From NCBI GenBank assembly GCA_018649885.1, contig JABIHA010000080.1:1-64000 (forward strand): DNA of 64,000 nucleotides, in the 5' to 3' direction. Positions 18,553 to 30,200 of this stretch are shown piece by piece. The notes below the pieces were generated by a model. The model worked only from the letters and a program-made list of their open reading frames with translations. It was not told the origin of the DNA and ran no database searches. Source of the stretch: Bacteriovoracaceae bacterium (GTDB lineage: Bacteria; Bdellovibrionota; Bacteriovoracia; Bacteriovoracales; Bacteriovoracaceae). Numbering within the stretch: the stretch's first letter is position 1; every line of letters starts with the position of its first letter. The translations under genes were made by a program, and so were the position numbers.

Positions 18553-19239
18553 ATGATCAAGTATATCCTGTTTTTGAGTATTGTATTTTCCACTATGACT
18601 TTTGCCAGACAAGCAAGAGTGGATAGTCATGAAACCGATTTATGGTTTGATCGTATCGATGTTTTTGGCAAAGACAAAGCTGCTCTAAAGACAGAAAAAA
18701 TAAAAGGACATCACCCCACGAGACTTGAAAGGTATAAGGTGATGTGTTTTAAAGATCGCAATGCCAAGGCCTGCAATGAGTATGGCTATTTCAAAAAGTC
18801 TTTAAAAGAAAATGAGAAGGCGCGAGTGGCCTGGGAGTATGGCTGTTACCTTAGAAATCAAAAATCCTGTTTTAATTTGGGTCACTATTATTTCCGGGCG
18901 AAAAGACCCGAAACCTCTATTCGGTATTTAAAACCCGTTTGTGATGAGGGACATGCCAAGGGCTGTTTTTACCTCGGAGTGCTGTATCAAAGAAAGCACG
19001 AATTTAAGCCTATGCAGGTTCGCTATAAAAGATCATGTGATTTAGGTGTGGCCAGGGCCTGCTACAATCTTGCTAGCTGGTTGCGCACTAATCATGGAGA
19101 AGTGCAAAAGGCCCATGAACTCGAATTACAGGCCTGTGTATTAGGACTTAAAAAATCCTGCCCAGAACGGGTCATCCATCACCGCGACACAAGAAGACAT
19201 GTGAGAGATGTTCACGTACTTTATGATCTCTATCAGTGA
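18553..19239 (+). CDS. Secreted Cys-rich Sel1-like repeat protein
   Basis: Repeated C...ACxNLG patterns; signal peptide. Confidence 0.85.
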   Translation: MIKYILFLSIVFSTMTFARQARVDSHETDLWFDRIDVFGKDKAALKTEKIKGHHPTRLERYKVMCFKDRNAKACNEYGYFKKSLKENEKARVAWEYGCYLRNQKSCFNLGHYYFRAKRPETSIRYLKPVCDEGHAKGCFYLGVLYQRKHEFKPMQVRYKRSCDLGVARACYNLASWLRTNHGEVQKAHELELQACVLGLKKSCPERVIHHRDTRRHVRDVHVLYDLYQ

Positions 19240-19248
19240 GGTGAGAGC

Positions 19249-20598
19249 ATGTCTTTTGAAATTCATAAAAAACGAAGAGAAAAACTCTTAGAAATATTAG
19301 AAAAATGTGAAGCAGTGGCCATTATCGCCAGTGCCTTCGAAGTAAAACGAAACCACGATGTAGACTACCCCTTTCGCCAAGATAGCAGCTTCCACTACCT
19401 TACTGGCTTTGATGAGCCCGACTCGATACTTGTTCTCAATCCCTTTGAGCAAAAAAGAGAAACTCTTTTCTTAAGAGAAAGAGACCCAAAAATGGAGCTT
19501 TGGACTGGTAGAAGGTTAGGGGTTGATAAGGCGTGTGAGAAGCTTTCTATGGATCAAAGCTTTAAAATCGAACTCTTTGAAGAAAAACTTTCAACGCTCA
19601 CAAGTGGGGCCTCCAAATGGAGTTATGATTTAGCCTCTGATTTTACTTTGAGCTCGAAGCATAAATTGTGTGATTTCATTCAATCAAAAATCAATACGAG
19701 TAGAAACCGCTCCATGAAGTTAGGAAGTGTGGCGGTGTCTGGTTCTCTTGAAATTAAAGAGCTTCTCTCTGGTATGAGGGCCTTTAAAGATGATAGTGAG
19801 CTTGCCTCATTACAACAGGCACAAGTGGTGACCAATATGGCCCACAGGGCCGCCATGGCCTACAGTGCACCTGGAGTGGGAGAGCACCAGCTGCTAGCAC
19901 TTATGGAGTCTGTTTATCATTTTCACCAAGACTGTGGCACCGCCTACAACTCAATTGTGGCCGGGGGAGAAAATGCCCTGATTCTTCATTACGTAGACAA
20001 TAATTGTCAGCTTAGTGAAGGAGATCTTCTACTGATTGATTCGGGAGCCGAGAGCTCATATTACGCGGCCGATATTACAAGAACCTTTCCAGTAAATGGA
20101 GTGTTTACTCCAGCACAAAAAAGAATTTACGAAATTGTGCTGGAGGCCCAGAAAAAATCTTGTGAGCATATTAGGCCTGGACTTCTTCGCGCAGATTTTC
20201 ATACTGTGGCTTGTGAAGTATTAGTGCAAGGCTTGATTGATTTAAAAATATTAAAAGGCAGTGTCAGCGAAAATATGGATACGGGTGAGTTTAAAAAATA
20301 TTATCCTCACGGGACAGGACATCTCCTTGGTTTAGATGTGCATGATATTGTTCATGGCCTTCATTTTGAAAAAGGGATGGTGACAACCAATGAACCCGGT
20401 CTTTACCTGCCAGCTGATGATGAAAATGTTCCAGCTGAGTTTAGAGGTATTGGCATTCGAATAGAGGACAATTATATTTTAACTGATGATGGCCACGAAA
20501 ATTTAAGTGTAAGTATCCCTAAAGAAATTGAAGAAGTTGAGAATGCTTGTAGGGATGATTTTAGAAAATTTTTGCCTTATATAACTGACCCAAGATAA
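19249..20598 (+). CDS. pepP: Xaa-Pro aminopeptidase (M24B)
   Basis: FRQDSSFHYLTGF, LIDSG, ADITRT, HGTGHLLGLDVHD, EPG, GIRIED. Confidence 0.93.
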   Translation: MSFEIHKKRREKLLEILEKCEAVAIIASAFEVKRNHDVDYPFRQDSSFHYLTGFDEPDSILVLNPFEQKRETLFLRERDPKMELWTGRRLGVDKACEKLSMDQSFKIELFEEKLSTLTSGASKWSYDLASDFTLSSKHKLCDFIQSKINTSRNRSMKLGSVAVSGSLEIKELLSGMRAFKDDSELASLQQAQVVTNMAHRAAMAYSAPGVGEHQLLALMESVYHFHQDCGTAYNSIVAGGENALILHYVDNNCQLSEGDLLLIDSGAESSYYAADITRTFPVNGVFTPAQKRIYEIVLEAQKKSCEHIRPGLLRADFHTVACEVLVQGLIDLKILKGSVSENMDTGEFKKYYPHGTGHLLGLDVHDIVHGLHFEKGMVTTNEPGLYLPADDENVPAEFRGIGIRIEDNYILTDDGHENLSVSIPKEIEEVENACRDDFRKFLPYITDPR

Positions 20599-20610
20599 GT
20601 CCTGGGTCAG
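20585..20610. terminator. Hairpin between convergent genes
   Basis: ctgaccca-N10-tgggtcag. Confidence 0.55.
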
Positions 20611-20620
20611 CTTATTAAAA

Positions 20621-21817
20621 TTATCTATTTCTTGTTAAACTTTCAAAGAGCTCTGTAATTCTTGCGTCTGGGACCTGATAGATAGCATCGAATTTCTCAA
20701 CTTCTTTTTTAGCATCTTTTTCGGTCTGCGTTTTTCTCTCTTTTCCAACAAAGAAAATATCCTTTGTCTTCTTGGCCTCAGTAAGGTGTTTTGATTTTTT
20801 TATTTCATTTCCACCCATTGTTGTAAACCTTAGAGAGTACTCTGTTGAGCCTGGCTCGAAACGTCTTACGTGAATATGTGATCTTTCAAAAGGTGTCTTC
20901 TTTGAGTGATAAAACAAGTATTTGCCATCAGCTGTTACAGAAGGATGTTTTTGGTATGTGTAGTACTCTGTTGCAGTATCATCCATGGTCTCTCTATTGA
21001 AGCTAACCAATTCATTCCCCGAAATTTCGAGATTATAAAAGGCGATGAAGGCCTCTTCTTGACCACTTTCAGTTGTCATAGATGAGTTACCACCTCTTTG
21101 AAAATGAACTAAGATTTTTTTCCCGTCTGGTGTCCAGGTTGGGTGCTTATCATCAAATGCGCCCAGGTGGTATGCCTTTTCAGTTTCTAAGTTATAAACC
21201 ATTACGCCTCTTTTTTCATAGATGCCTCTTGTGTAAAAGGTCAGCCATTTTCCATCAGGAGAAACTTGGGCGTGCTTTAAAAGAATATTTTTTTCTATCC
21301 CAAAATCTTTAGGGTGAAAGGTATCGATTTTTTTGAAGTCTTGATCATAAAGTCGAATGATATTAAAAAACCTAGCAATTGAGCCAACAGCAATAATTTC
21401 AGAGTTTTCTCCTCCGTAGGCCATTCCGTGGTAGAAATGAAGAAATTGTCTACGTGCTTTTTCAGCTTCAAGCCATACTCCATCTATTTTTTCAGCATGC
21501 CAGCCTCTTACAGGGAAGAGTAGAGGCATTTTTTCTTTTCTACCTCCTGCAACCCAAACAAGCTTTGTGCCATCATCATTGGACGAGAGATTTTCTGGCT
21601 CTCTAGTAAGGTTATCGACAACTTCAACAACCTTGCCCATCTTTACAATGGTTGGTTGTTTACCTTCAGGTTTAATTGTTAGGAGTTTTAAAACTCTTGC
21701 TTCTTCAGCCGCTTCTTCTTTTTCTCTTTGTTTTTGCTTTTTACTTTTTGCATGGGCGCTTGATGCGAGAGCAAAAACCATGACCATGGCCATGATAGTA
21801 GTGTGTTTGAAATTCAT
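20621..21817 (-). CDS. Secreted TolB/PD40-like beta-propeller protein
   Basis: VSPDGKW, PTWTPDGKK, PSVTADGKY; signal peptide. Confidence 0.75.
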   Translation of the reverse strand: MNFKHTTIMAMVMVFALASSAHAKSKKQKQREKEEAAEEARVLKLLTIKPEGKQPTIVKMGKVVEVVDNLTREPENLSSNDDGTKLVWVAGGRKEKMPLLFPVRGWHAEKIDGVWLEAEKARRQFLHFYHGMAYGGENSEIIAVGSIARFFNIIRLYDQDFKKIDTFHPKDFGIEKNILLKHAQVSPDGKWLTFYTRGIYEKRGVMVYNLETEKAYHLGAFDDKHPTWTPDGKKILVHFQRGGNSSMTTESGQEEAFIAFYNLEISGNELVSFNRETMDDTATEYYTYQKHPSVTADGKYLFYHSKKTPFERSHIHVRRFEPGSTEYSLRFTTMGGNEIKKSKHLTEAKKTKDIFFVGKERKTQTEKDAKKEVEKFDAIYQVPDARITELFESLTRNR

Positions 21818-21960
21818 TAATTCCTTCCCAGAAAAATGCGTTTTTTTATCCTAAGGAGTTAAAATCACATATAAAACGGAAAAACCAGAAAAAATGATGC
21901 AATGTGTAGAAACTATAGGATGTAAGTCATTGGTATAGGGCAGGCTTATCAGTATGGCCG

Positions 21961-23838
21961 CTAATCTAGCTCAAAGTCACTGACTTCATATTGCTCGCTT
22001 ACTTCCATCACTTCCTTTAAGTTTTTTGGAAGCTCAATTGTGAATGTGGTGCCACGATCTTTTTGGGAATCAACTTTTATTCTTCCATTATGTTTAACAA
22101 TGATGTGCTTTACAATTGCAAGGCCCAGACCTGTACCACCCATACCTCGGGCCCTAGATTTGTCTACTCGAAAAAATCTTTCAAATATTCGGCTTTGGTA
22201 TTTTTCAGGAATGCCGATGCCAGAGTCTCTGACTGTTAAAATATATTCATGTTCATCTTCTTCCCAACTAATAAACACTTTGCCGGGAGCAACGGTATAC
22301 TTGAAAGCATTCTCGATAAGATTTGTTACAACTTGTTCTATCATTCTGGGGTCACCATAGATCATGCCAGAGTTTATGCTTTGCTTAAATTCTAGTTCAA
22401 TCTCTTTACCTATATAGCTTTGTTTAACATTTGAGATGACTCTTTGTGTAAGCTCGCTTGTGTCCACTGGGTCAACCACTAGATTAGTCTCAGACTCAAT
22501 AACTGAAAGGTCCAAAATATCATTGAATAGGGCAGTTAATCTTTCTGTATTTGATAATATTTTATCAAGGGGATCTATCATATTTGTGGGAAGTTTGTCT
22601 TGTTCACCCAAAATAATTTGGACAAAGCCTTTGAGTGCAGTGAGAGGAGTTCTTACTTCATGTGATACATTTGTCACAAAGTTTTCTCGCATTTTTAAAG
22701 CAAGCTTTTTATCTGTAACATCGTGAAGGACTATGACTGCACCAACATCTTTTTTGTGACCTTCTTTTAGAAGAGAAACTCTCATATCAAAGTGACCAAT
22801 GAACTGTTCATCTTTATTTAACTTAATGCTGTATAGGTTTTGGTTTTGCTTATTTCTTATTGCAATTTTAAGAAGTTTTGTAACTTTTCTGCTAATTCCA
22901 ATTCTTCCAATCTTTTTACCAATATAATCTTCACGATTTGATTTTTCATCTAGGAATCGTTTTTTAAATTCGTGATTAAAAAATAGTATTTGCTCATTTT
23001 TATTTACTGCTAGGATACAATCAGTAAGAGATTCTATCAGGGTTGAAAACTTTTTGTTCTCTGAATGCAGATCTTCAAGGTAAGTTTCAATATCTTTATT
23101 GGCCTGATCAACTGCACTTTCAACCTTACTCCATTCATCACCGGGCCTACTTTGATCATTTCCTTGGAATTTTTTGCTAAGTTTATTTACCTTGCCGAGA
23201 ACATTTCCAAGTGGTGTGGATATGCCTATTCCAAAATAAAGAGAAATAAGTGTCAATGCCAGAAATAGGGGGATCATATACACTAAGATATATTTATCAA
23301 GCTTCAAATAGTCTTGTTTTACATAGGTAAAAGGGATCGATTGCCTGATTATAGTTATTGGAGAAGAGGTAATAGCAATGGCCGCAAAGAGATATTCTTC
23401 ACTTTGAGGTGGAATTAATCTCCTTGAAAAACCTTTTCCCCTCTTTAAGGTTTTAGCTATTTCTGAATCTAACTTTCCAGTGTTGTGTTTTTTTTTTGCA
23501 ATTCGATTCTCTAAAGGGCCAAAGGCATTACATAATATTGATCCATTTTCATCAAAAATACTGTATTGGGATTTTGAATCAATCTCAATATTTCGGCACC
23601 AATTTAAGAGTTTTTTTCTATCAAGGCCTATGGTTTTTGAAAGGACTTTTAAGGAGGCTTGCATCTCCACTTTGGATTTTTTAACTAACTTGTTTTGAAG
23701 GTAGTATCTGAGTACCAATGAGGAGGCAAATATTGCTAAAAATATAAAAACTGCTTGAACGAGTGCAATTTTTTTAAAGAATTGCCAAGGGAAGACTCTG
23801 CCCTTAATAATCGGTACAGACACGGTAGCCAATTCCAC
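21961..23838 (-). CDS. phoR: PhoR-like sensor histidine kinase
   Basis: Two TM segments, PAS-like region, SHEVRTPLT, NLIENAFKY, IFERFFRVDKSR, GGTGLGLAIVKH. Confidence 0.75.
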   Translation of the reverse strand: MELATVSVPIIKGRVFPWQFFKKIALVQAVFIFLAIFASSLVLRYYLQNKLVKKSKVEMQASLKVLSKTIGLDRKKLLNWCRNIEIDSKSQYSIFDENGSILCNAFGPLENRIAKKKHNTGKLDSEIAKTLKRGKGFSRRLIPPQSEEYLFAAIAITSSPITIIRQSIPFTYVKQDYLKLDKYILVYMIPLFLALTLISLYFGIGISTPLGNVLGKVNKLSKKFQGNDQSRPGDEWSKVESAVDQANKDIETYLEDLHSENKKFSTLIESLTDCILAVNKNEQILFFNHEFKKRFLDEKSNREDYIGKKIGRIGISRKVTKLLKIAIRNKQNQNLYSIKLNKDEQFIGHFDMRVSLLKEGHKKDVGAVIVLHDVTDKKLALKMRENFVTNVSHEVRTPLTALKGFVQIILGEQDKLPTNMIDPLDKILSNTERLTALFNDILDLSVIESETNLVVDPVDTSELTQRVISNVKQSYIGKEIELEFKQSINSGMIYGDPRMIEQVVTNLIENAFKYTVAPGKVFISWEEDEHEYILTVRDSGIGIPEKYQSRIFERFFRVDKSRARGMGGTGLGLAIVKHIIVKHNGRIKVDSQKDRGTTFTIELPKNLKEVMEVSEQYEVSDFELD

Positions 23839-24517
23839 GAATTGTTTCGATTAGCTTAGCATCTTCTCCAAGCTTCTTTCGGAGTCCAAATATATGTGTA
23901 TCCACAATTCTTGCCGTGACATGTACTGGTCCATCCTGGATAATCTCTATCAATTGTTTTCTGGTAAGGACTTTTCCTTCGGAATCAATAAGTGCCACTA
24001 AAAGTTTATATTCTGAAAGTGTAAATGAAACTTCACCGTCTGGACCCTTAATTTTACAAGTGTCCGTATCAATGGAAAAACTGCCTATCTTTTTAATGTT
24101 TTTAGCATTTGGGTTTTCGGATTTTGAACCAACTCTCTCGCTTCTTCTAAGTAGTGCTTTAACTCTGGCATAGAGTACATTTATATCAAAAGGTTTAGTT
24201 AGGTAATCATCAGCACCTGCATCAAGGCCTTCAACAATATTTTCAGGTCTCGTCAGGGCAGTCACCATTAATATTGGAGTTGATTTGGTGGTTCGATACA
24301 TTCTGATAAACTTGCAGATTTCGATGCCTGTAACACCTGGAAGCATCCAGTCCACAATATATAAATCAAATGGTTGTTTTGTGGATTGAATCAGCTCTAG
24401 AGCATCTTCTCCATTATCAACATCGCTTACTTCAAAGCCTTTAACGAGTAATTGTGATTTAATCAGGGACCGAATATCTTCTTCGTCTTCAACTAGTAAA
24501 ATTCTGTTAGTTCCCAT
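23804..24517 (-). CDS. phoB: PhoB/OmpR-family response regulator
   Basis: VEDE, VDWMLPG, GLDAGADDYLTKPF, IETIRGIGY. Confidence 0.75.
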   Translation of the reverse strand: MGTNRILLVEDEEDIRSLIKSQLLVKGFEVSDVDNGEDALELIQSTKQPFDLYIVDWMLPGVTGIEICKFIRMYRTTKSTPILMVTALTRPENIVEGLDAGADDYLTKPFDINVLYARVKALLRRSERVGSKSENPNAKNIKKIGSFSIDTDTCKIKGPDGEVSFTLSEYKLLVALIDSEGKVLTRKQLIEIIQDGPVHVTARIVDTHIFGLRKKLGEDAKLIETIRGIGYRVCTDY

Positions 24518-24538
24518 GATTTTATTCTCACAAATACC

Positions 24539-26029
24539 CTAAGGGTTAATGAAGTGATCTACACTTTCTTTTATCTTAGCAATATGATGGTCTCTTCTCA
24601 AGACCTTGGGAGGCGAACTTCTTTCAAGGCAGTCCATATTACTGCATCTCTCACAAGTTTCCCCTACGTCTACAGAGGGGATTTCAGTGGAGCTGAGGAA
24701 TGGAACCTTTTGAATTAATGTGTCAGTCAGCTTGAAGCCGATTGCTATGCAATTGCTGATCTCGTTTCTTTGCTTACTAGGCGAGGCCATTGCAAACACA
24801 AAATAGTCATCATCTTGACCAAATCTTGCTCTTTGAACATCTAATATTGGGTTGTAATCCATAGAAAATTGGTTTCTCTGGGTGAGCTTTTGTAAAAGTG
24901 TGATGGTAACCCATCTTCTACAATAGTGCTCTCTGAGTCCAATACCGTGTTGGCGATGAAGCCCACCGACGTGAAGTTCTTTTTTTATTTGGTAGTTATT
25001 TGACTGGTTATCATAGTCCATTCTCAAAAAGAAAAGCTTTTTAACCCCAAAGTCTTTATAAAAGACTTGTGACATACGATGAAATAAGCACTCTTGGTGA
25101 ACATTATACTTTCGTAAAATAGAGATAAATTTGGTGCTATCCCAATTGCCACCTTTTGTGATGATCTCAATATCAGCAGCAAGCTTTTTTCTCGGGACTA
25201 AAATAGCTTCTGCAATGCTGCCAGCTAAGTAGTCATTGAGGACTTCTTCAAAAGATGTGTAGCCGAGGGCCTTAGCAGTAAGTGGGCGTTTCTTACATTT
25301 TAGTAAGTTGTAACCAATTTCTTTGGCAAAAATAAATGACCGCTGTGATTCTGTCAGTGAGGGATTAACAAAGAGTTTCTTGGGTTTTCCTGGTTTAAAA
25401 ATTGACCTTACTTCTTGTAAGGAAAAATTTTCGTCCAGTGGCATAGACTCAATTTTATATCGATATTTTTTAATGAGAATATTCATCAGCTCTTCTGAAG
25501 AAATGGGGCAGGCATCTTCTAGGTTATTTTCAGCTAGAAAAGCATCGGCCTTCTCTTCCATTTTTGGAAAGTAGTCATGATTCATCTCTCTGTAGGATCT
25601 GAGAGCGGCCATGTAAAAATCTTCAACTTGCATCCCGTAGGTCTTAGCAATCTGTACTAGTGTACTGACAAAAGCGCTGAACTTATTAGGGGATCTTGAA
25701 ATGGTTTTAAGTAGGCTTGAAGAGCTAATTCCAAAAAGATCCAGCGGCAAGTCACTGAGGAAGTTAGATTTTAAAAGTGTAATCAAAGGGGTCATGTGAT
25801 CCCCTAGGTTAAAATTCAATAAATCTTCTGTAGGGATTTTTAATGCGCGAGCAAGATCTGAAATTTTATCTTTTTTAGGAAATTTTTTACCCGATTCAAT
25901 TTCATTTAAATAAGAAGTAGAGACTCCTGAAATTGCAGTCAGCTCTTTTAGAGAAAGACCTTTAGATCTTCTGAACTGCTTTAATTTTACGCCTAAAATT
26001 ACTTTCAGTGCATCTTGGTTGAACTTCAA
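24539..26029 (-). CDS. XRE-family regulator of the RamB/ScfR (short-chain acyl-CoA regulator) type
   Basis: N-terminal XRE HTH (SYLNEIESGKKFP), central IrrE-like region, C-terminal CERC-x4-C cluster. Confidence 0.8.
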   Translation of the reverse strand: MKFNQDALKVILGVKLKQFRRSKGLSLKELTAISGVSTSYLNEIESGKKFPKKDKISDLARALKIPTEDLLNFNLGDHMTPLITLLKSNFLSDLPLDLFGISSSSLLKTISRSPNKFSAFVSTLVQIAKTYGMQVEDFYMAALRSYREMNHDYFPKMEEKADAFLAENNLEDACPISSEELMNILIKKYRYKIESMPLDENFSLQEVRSIFKPGKPKKLFVNPSLTESQRSFIFAKEIGYNLLKCKKRPLTAKALGYTSFEEVLNDYLAGSIAEAILVPRKKLAADIEIITKGGNWDSTKFISILRKYNVHQECLFHRMSQVFYKDFGVKKLFFLRMDYDNQSNNYQIKKELHVGGLHRQHGIGLREHYCRRWVTITLLQKLTQRNQFSMDYNPILDVQRARFGQDDDYFVFAMASPSKQRNEISNCIAIGFKLTDTLIQKVPFLSSTEIPSVDVGETCERCSNMDCLERSSPPKVLRRDHHIAKIKESVDHFINP

Positions 26030-26426
26030 GTTCCTTCCATTTTAATATGTAGCGTTGAATACTTCGCACTTTTATAGCATTTTAGGTAACAAAAAACAAA
26101 ATACTCTGGATTCTTAATGAAGAAAAATAGAAACGCATCACCGTGCGGCGCAATAGATGAAACGTGTAACTTTTTGGTGACAGACCTCCACCATTGAATT
26201 TACAGCGGTAGCAGTCTGTAACTAGGAGATGTTATTAAATGTAAGAAATTTAACCTTTTTTCATGACATTAGAAAGTTTATGTTCCGCTGTGCAGGTAAC
26301 ATCTGTCATTTTGTAAGTGGCCTATTTATTGCTTGTATAGGGTTGTAAAAGTATTCAAGTTTAGGGAAGAGCTTGTTTGACCAGGACTACGGATTGGATT
26401 TTTTTGGGTCTTTGGGAGAATGAGAG

Positions 26427-27251
26427 TTGAGAAATTTCTTACAAAGAGACAGTATGTCTCTGTCTATTGTTACATTAGCGATGCTGGTATGTGCCAGCTT
26501 ACCTCTAAAAGTTTATTCAAAAAACTTTTTCTTCAATACATCTGTTACAGGCAATACCAATAGATATAAATGGGACTCGATCAACAAAGAAAATAGTCTC
26601 GATGTAGAACTCAAACCTAAATATAGATCAAATAGTGGCATCACCCTATCTGGGTATGTGCCAATTTCCAAAAGTTTTAAAGGCGAAAAAAAATGGTCTC
26701 TTAGTGATGGTTTTGTTCAACCTAGTTATCCAATCTATGAATATGAAGAATTGCTTAGCATTACTGGTGTAGGCAGAATCTACGGCCCCCTCAGTGAAGC
26801 ATCAAAAAATGATACAAAAATGATCACCAAGTTTTCAGTGCTACCAACTTTTTCAGCTGACCTAAGCCAAATTGGAGCGACTGGATTGGGGCTAGTCTAT
26901 AGACCGCAATACACATATGGAGTCTATGAATACAAGACTTCACTGTCGGGTAAGTCCAACACACTACACACTTTTACCCAGCTCTACGGAATCAGTTTTG
27001 ATTTTCTAGAAAAGTTTAGCATTAGCACAAGCTTTTTCTACAGTCTCTACTGGACCCATAAGAAAAACCAAAAAGAAGATTCATTCTACTGGATTCAAGA
27101 AGCCTCAATGATTGTCAATGACTACTTGTCATGGGACTTGGGTTACTCAAATCAAGCGGGCGTGAAAAAAGATAATGGTTACGACAGTAATATTAAATTA
27201 ACAGATGATAGCTCAGGGACGTTTTACACATCCTTGACCTTAAAGTTTTAA
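26427..27251 (+). CDS. Putative outer-membrane beta-barrel protein
   Basis: Signal peptide, aromatic-rich amphipathic strands, C-terminal ...YTSLTLKF. Confidence 0.7.
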   Translation: MRNFLQRDSMSLSIVTLAMLVCASLPLKVYSKNFFFNTSVTGNTNRYKWDSINKENSLDVELKPKYRSNSGITLSGYVPISKSFKGEKKWSLSDGFVQPSYPIYEYEELLSITGVGRIYGPLSEASKNDTKMITKFSVLPTFSADLSQIGATGLGLVYRPQYTYGVYEYKTSLSGKSNTLHTFTQLYGISFDFLEKFSISTSFFYSLYWTHKKNQKEDSFYWIQEASMIVNDYLSWDLGYSNQAGVKKDNGYDSNIKLTDDSSGTFYTSLTLKF

Positions 27252-27271
27252 TTGAGAGATGAAGGAACAAA

Positions 27272-30200
27272 ATGAGATTTACGGCGATTTACAACTTAAC
27301 ACTGATGTTTGCTTTCCTTTTGGTTGGGTGTGCTAAGGACCTACCCGAAAAGATGCCAGAGGCATTACAAGAGACGGCCCACTCTATTGGCAATTTAGAA
27401 GGAGCTGTAATTAGCTTGGTCACTAGTGGTAATCCTTCAGTAGACGCTCTTACAGAAGAGGAAGCTAAGAAGAAAGAAGCAAGTGAACCACAAGACTTAT
27501 TAAACTTGCAAGAAAATGGGCTAGTAAAAGTCGTTGGTGCCACTGGACCCACCGAATTTTTGCAAATGTTTGATGACCTCTCCATCCCAGGCAAATCAAA
27601 TACTAGCTATTCAGTCAAATTAAAGGTGATAAAATCTCAATACCTTGTTGCTTATATCGTTGTGAATACTAGTGAGCTGAGCTCGACTCAAGCGGTGATT
27701 GCTGAAGGAAATCTTGTTCCGATCTTCTACTATGATATCAAAGATGTCGGTGTACTTAGAAGAAAATTAAATGATTTAGACGAGGAGACTAGAACAGTAG
27801 AATTTAAACCTACTGATGATGGTAATGCTACACACGTTAAGATTAATTTGATGGTTAAAAATAGAAAGCTTGTTGGGATTCAATCAGTTGAAGATGATAC
27901 TTTAAGAGAGCTTTACAGTAAGAATAGCTTTGACCAGCAGATAACACTAGCTAAAAATTTACAGAAAAAACTGGGTAAACAAATTGAATCTCTTTCAGAT
28001 CTAAGAATTGTCAAAACTGAGATCGTGAGAAATGGCTCCCTCTTAGTAAAGGTATTTAAACAAAAATCAGAGCTTACTGAAGATGAGCTTGAAATATTGA
28101 GTGGCTCTTCAGAGAATATCCACATTCAAGAGTGTAATGATGTTGAAAAAGAGAAAGTGATAGCTTTGGGAGGCTCGTTAAGCGATGGGTGTTATTTTAC
28201 AACAGCATACCAAATGGCCGTAGATTTTGTTGACCTTGAAAAGGTCGTTGAAAAGCAAGACCTTGGCATTGCCACTCCTAAATTAAAAGTTGTTCCTTCA
28301 AGAGACTTTGGAAATGCCACTGTTATTCAAATTAAAGGTTCGACCAGTTTTACTTTCTTCTCTCCTGATACAAAAAAAGATCCTTCTTTTCTCGCAACAA
28401 AGTTTTCACTTCCTGTTAAGTATTTCAAAGGTAAAGAATTTCTTTTCAGAAGAGTTCTGGTCGATTCTCCAAATACTTTCAACTACACCTTTGCCGGCGC
28501 AGCTGGTGGACTTGAAATAGTCAAATTTGTATTTGACTCAGACTCTGTTGAGGTTAAAAAATCAAAGCCAGGTTTAGATAAGCCGGGAACAACCGACGTA
28601 GATGAAGAAGTCTTGATGAGAATCCCGGTTTACGGTTATTACAGGCTCACTGATAAAGATATGCAAGGCCGTCCTCTGGGTAGCGTTCAATATATCCGTA
28701 CTTGGTCGGGAGATCCCCAAGCCACTGCCATTATTAATTGGGAAGGAAATAGTATTCCCAATATTAATTCTCCTCTCGATTATTTCTCATTAGGCCAGTG
28801 TTTTGGTGGAGTGACAGATAAAGAGATTGAAAAAGTTGCCCTTGATGAAGACGCGGGAAGTTTCAATTTTACACTGGCAACAAGTTATGTCGCCAATCCA
28901 AAAGCTGGATGCGTAAATGTATTTTCTGGATATTTTGATTCGCCAACTCAAACTCAACTAACTTTTAAAGAGAGAGTTTCTTTTAAAGAATACAAGGCCG
29001 TTAAAAATGAAGCAGATTCATTTGGTGGAGACATTCCCTATGAAGGCCAAAAGAAAATGGGATACGGTTTATTTACGTATAGTAAAACTGTGCCCGATAA
29101 ATTTGGTGGAACTTCAACAATTGGTACCAAACAATACCTTCCAGCTATCTTTGATATAAAAGACGACAAACAAATTGAATACGTGCTTGCTGGTATGCCT
29201 TCACTTCTAGTTGTTGATCCAAGGGAAAAACTTTTTGATCCAAAAGAGCTTAGAGAAGAATTAATTAAATCTACTGCGGAAGTTTTTGAAGATCTCAACG
29301 ATGGGTTTAGAGCTTCATTTAAAGGAACTGGTTTTAGAGACTCTGAAAAAGATGTCATTGCCTTTAAATTAGAAAAAGATGAAACCTTTGAAGACATGAT
29401 TGAAAAGTTTGAAGAAGGTGCTGATAACGGGATCTCTAAGTCAGAAGGGACTTACTACTACAAGGGTATTGCTCTTGCTGAGGCCAAAGAGATGGGCGAC
29501 CTTGAGAGAAACTATGTCTATTACGTTGAAAAACAAACCAATAGCTCAATTATAGGCCTTGGTGGCTCTCATGCAAATCCTAGAAATGGTAAGGTTGAAT
29601 CTGCCTCTATCTACCTTTACGGTGGAAATATGAGATCAATGATCAAATCCTTTAGACTTCTTGAAAAAGCAAAAGTTGATTATGAAAAACTCACTAACCC
29701 TAAAAACTATAAATCCTTGAATCCTTCTGAAGATAAAAAAGGAGAGGGAAAGGTAGCCGAAGAAACTGATCCTGATGCTGAAGGTGAGCTAGATTCTGGT
29801 GGCGGTGAAAAAGGTAACGGCAATGAAGATTTGGCCGGACACTTTAAAGAACAATTAATTAAGATTATCGCCAATATGAACTCTGTTGAAATGAAGTCTG
29901 ATAAAATGACAAAAGAGCAATATGACGCTGCAATGTCAAAGCATATTAAGGCCTTTGAAAGAAAAGTAGACTCTGAAGAGATCGGCTTCATTTTAAACGA
30001 TATTATTGATAGAAATTTAGGGCACTCAAATACTCCTCCAAGTGATGAGCTATACTCACTTCAAGAGGTGAGAAACTCAATCGATAAGAAATCTCTTCCT
30101 ATTATTGAAGCTCTCAATATTGCTCTTGAAAAGGCCAAGGCCAGTAATGCTTTCACCAATGAACACGAGGTACAGGAGTTATTTTCAGGAGTGCTTTTAA

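Noticed and set aside
26100..26195. tmRNA or tRNA suggested by TCCACCA at about 26187-26193
   Set aside because: No T-loop and no matching 5' acceptor strand.
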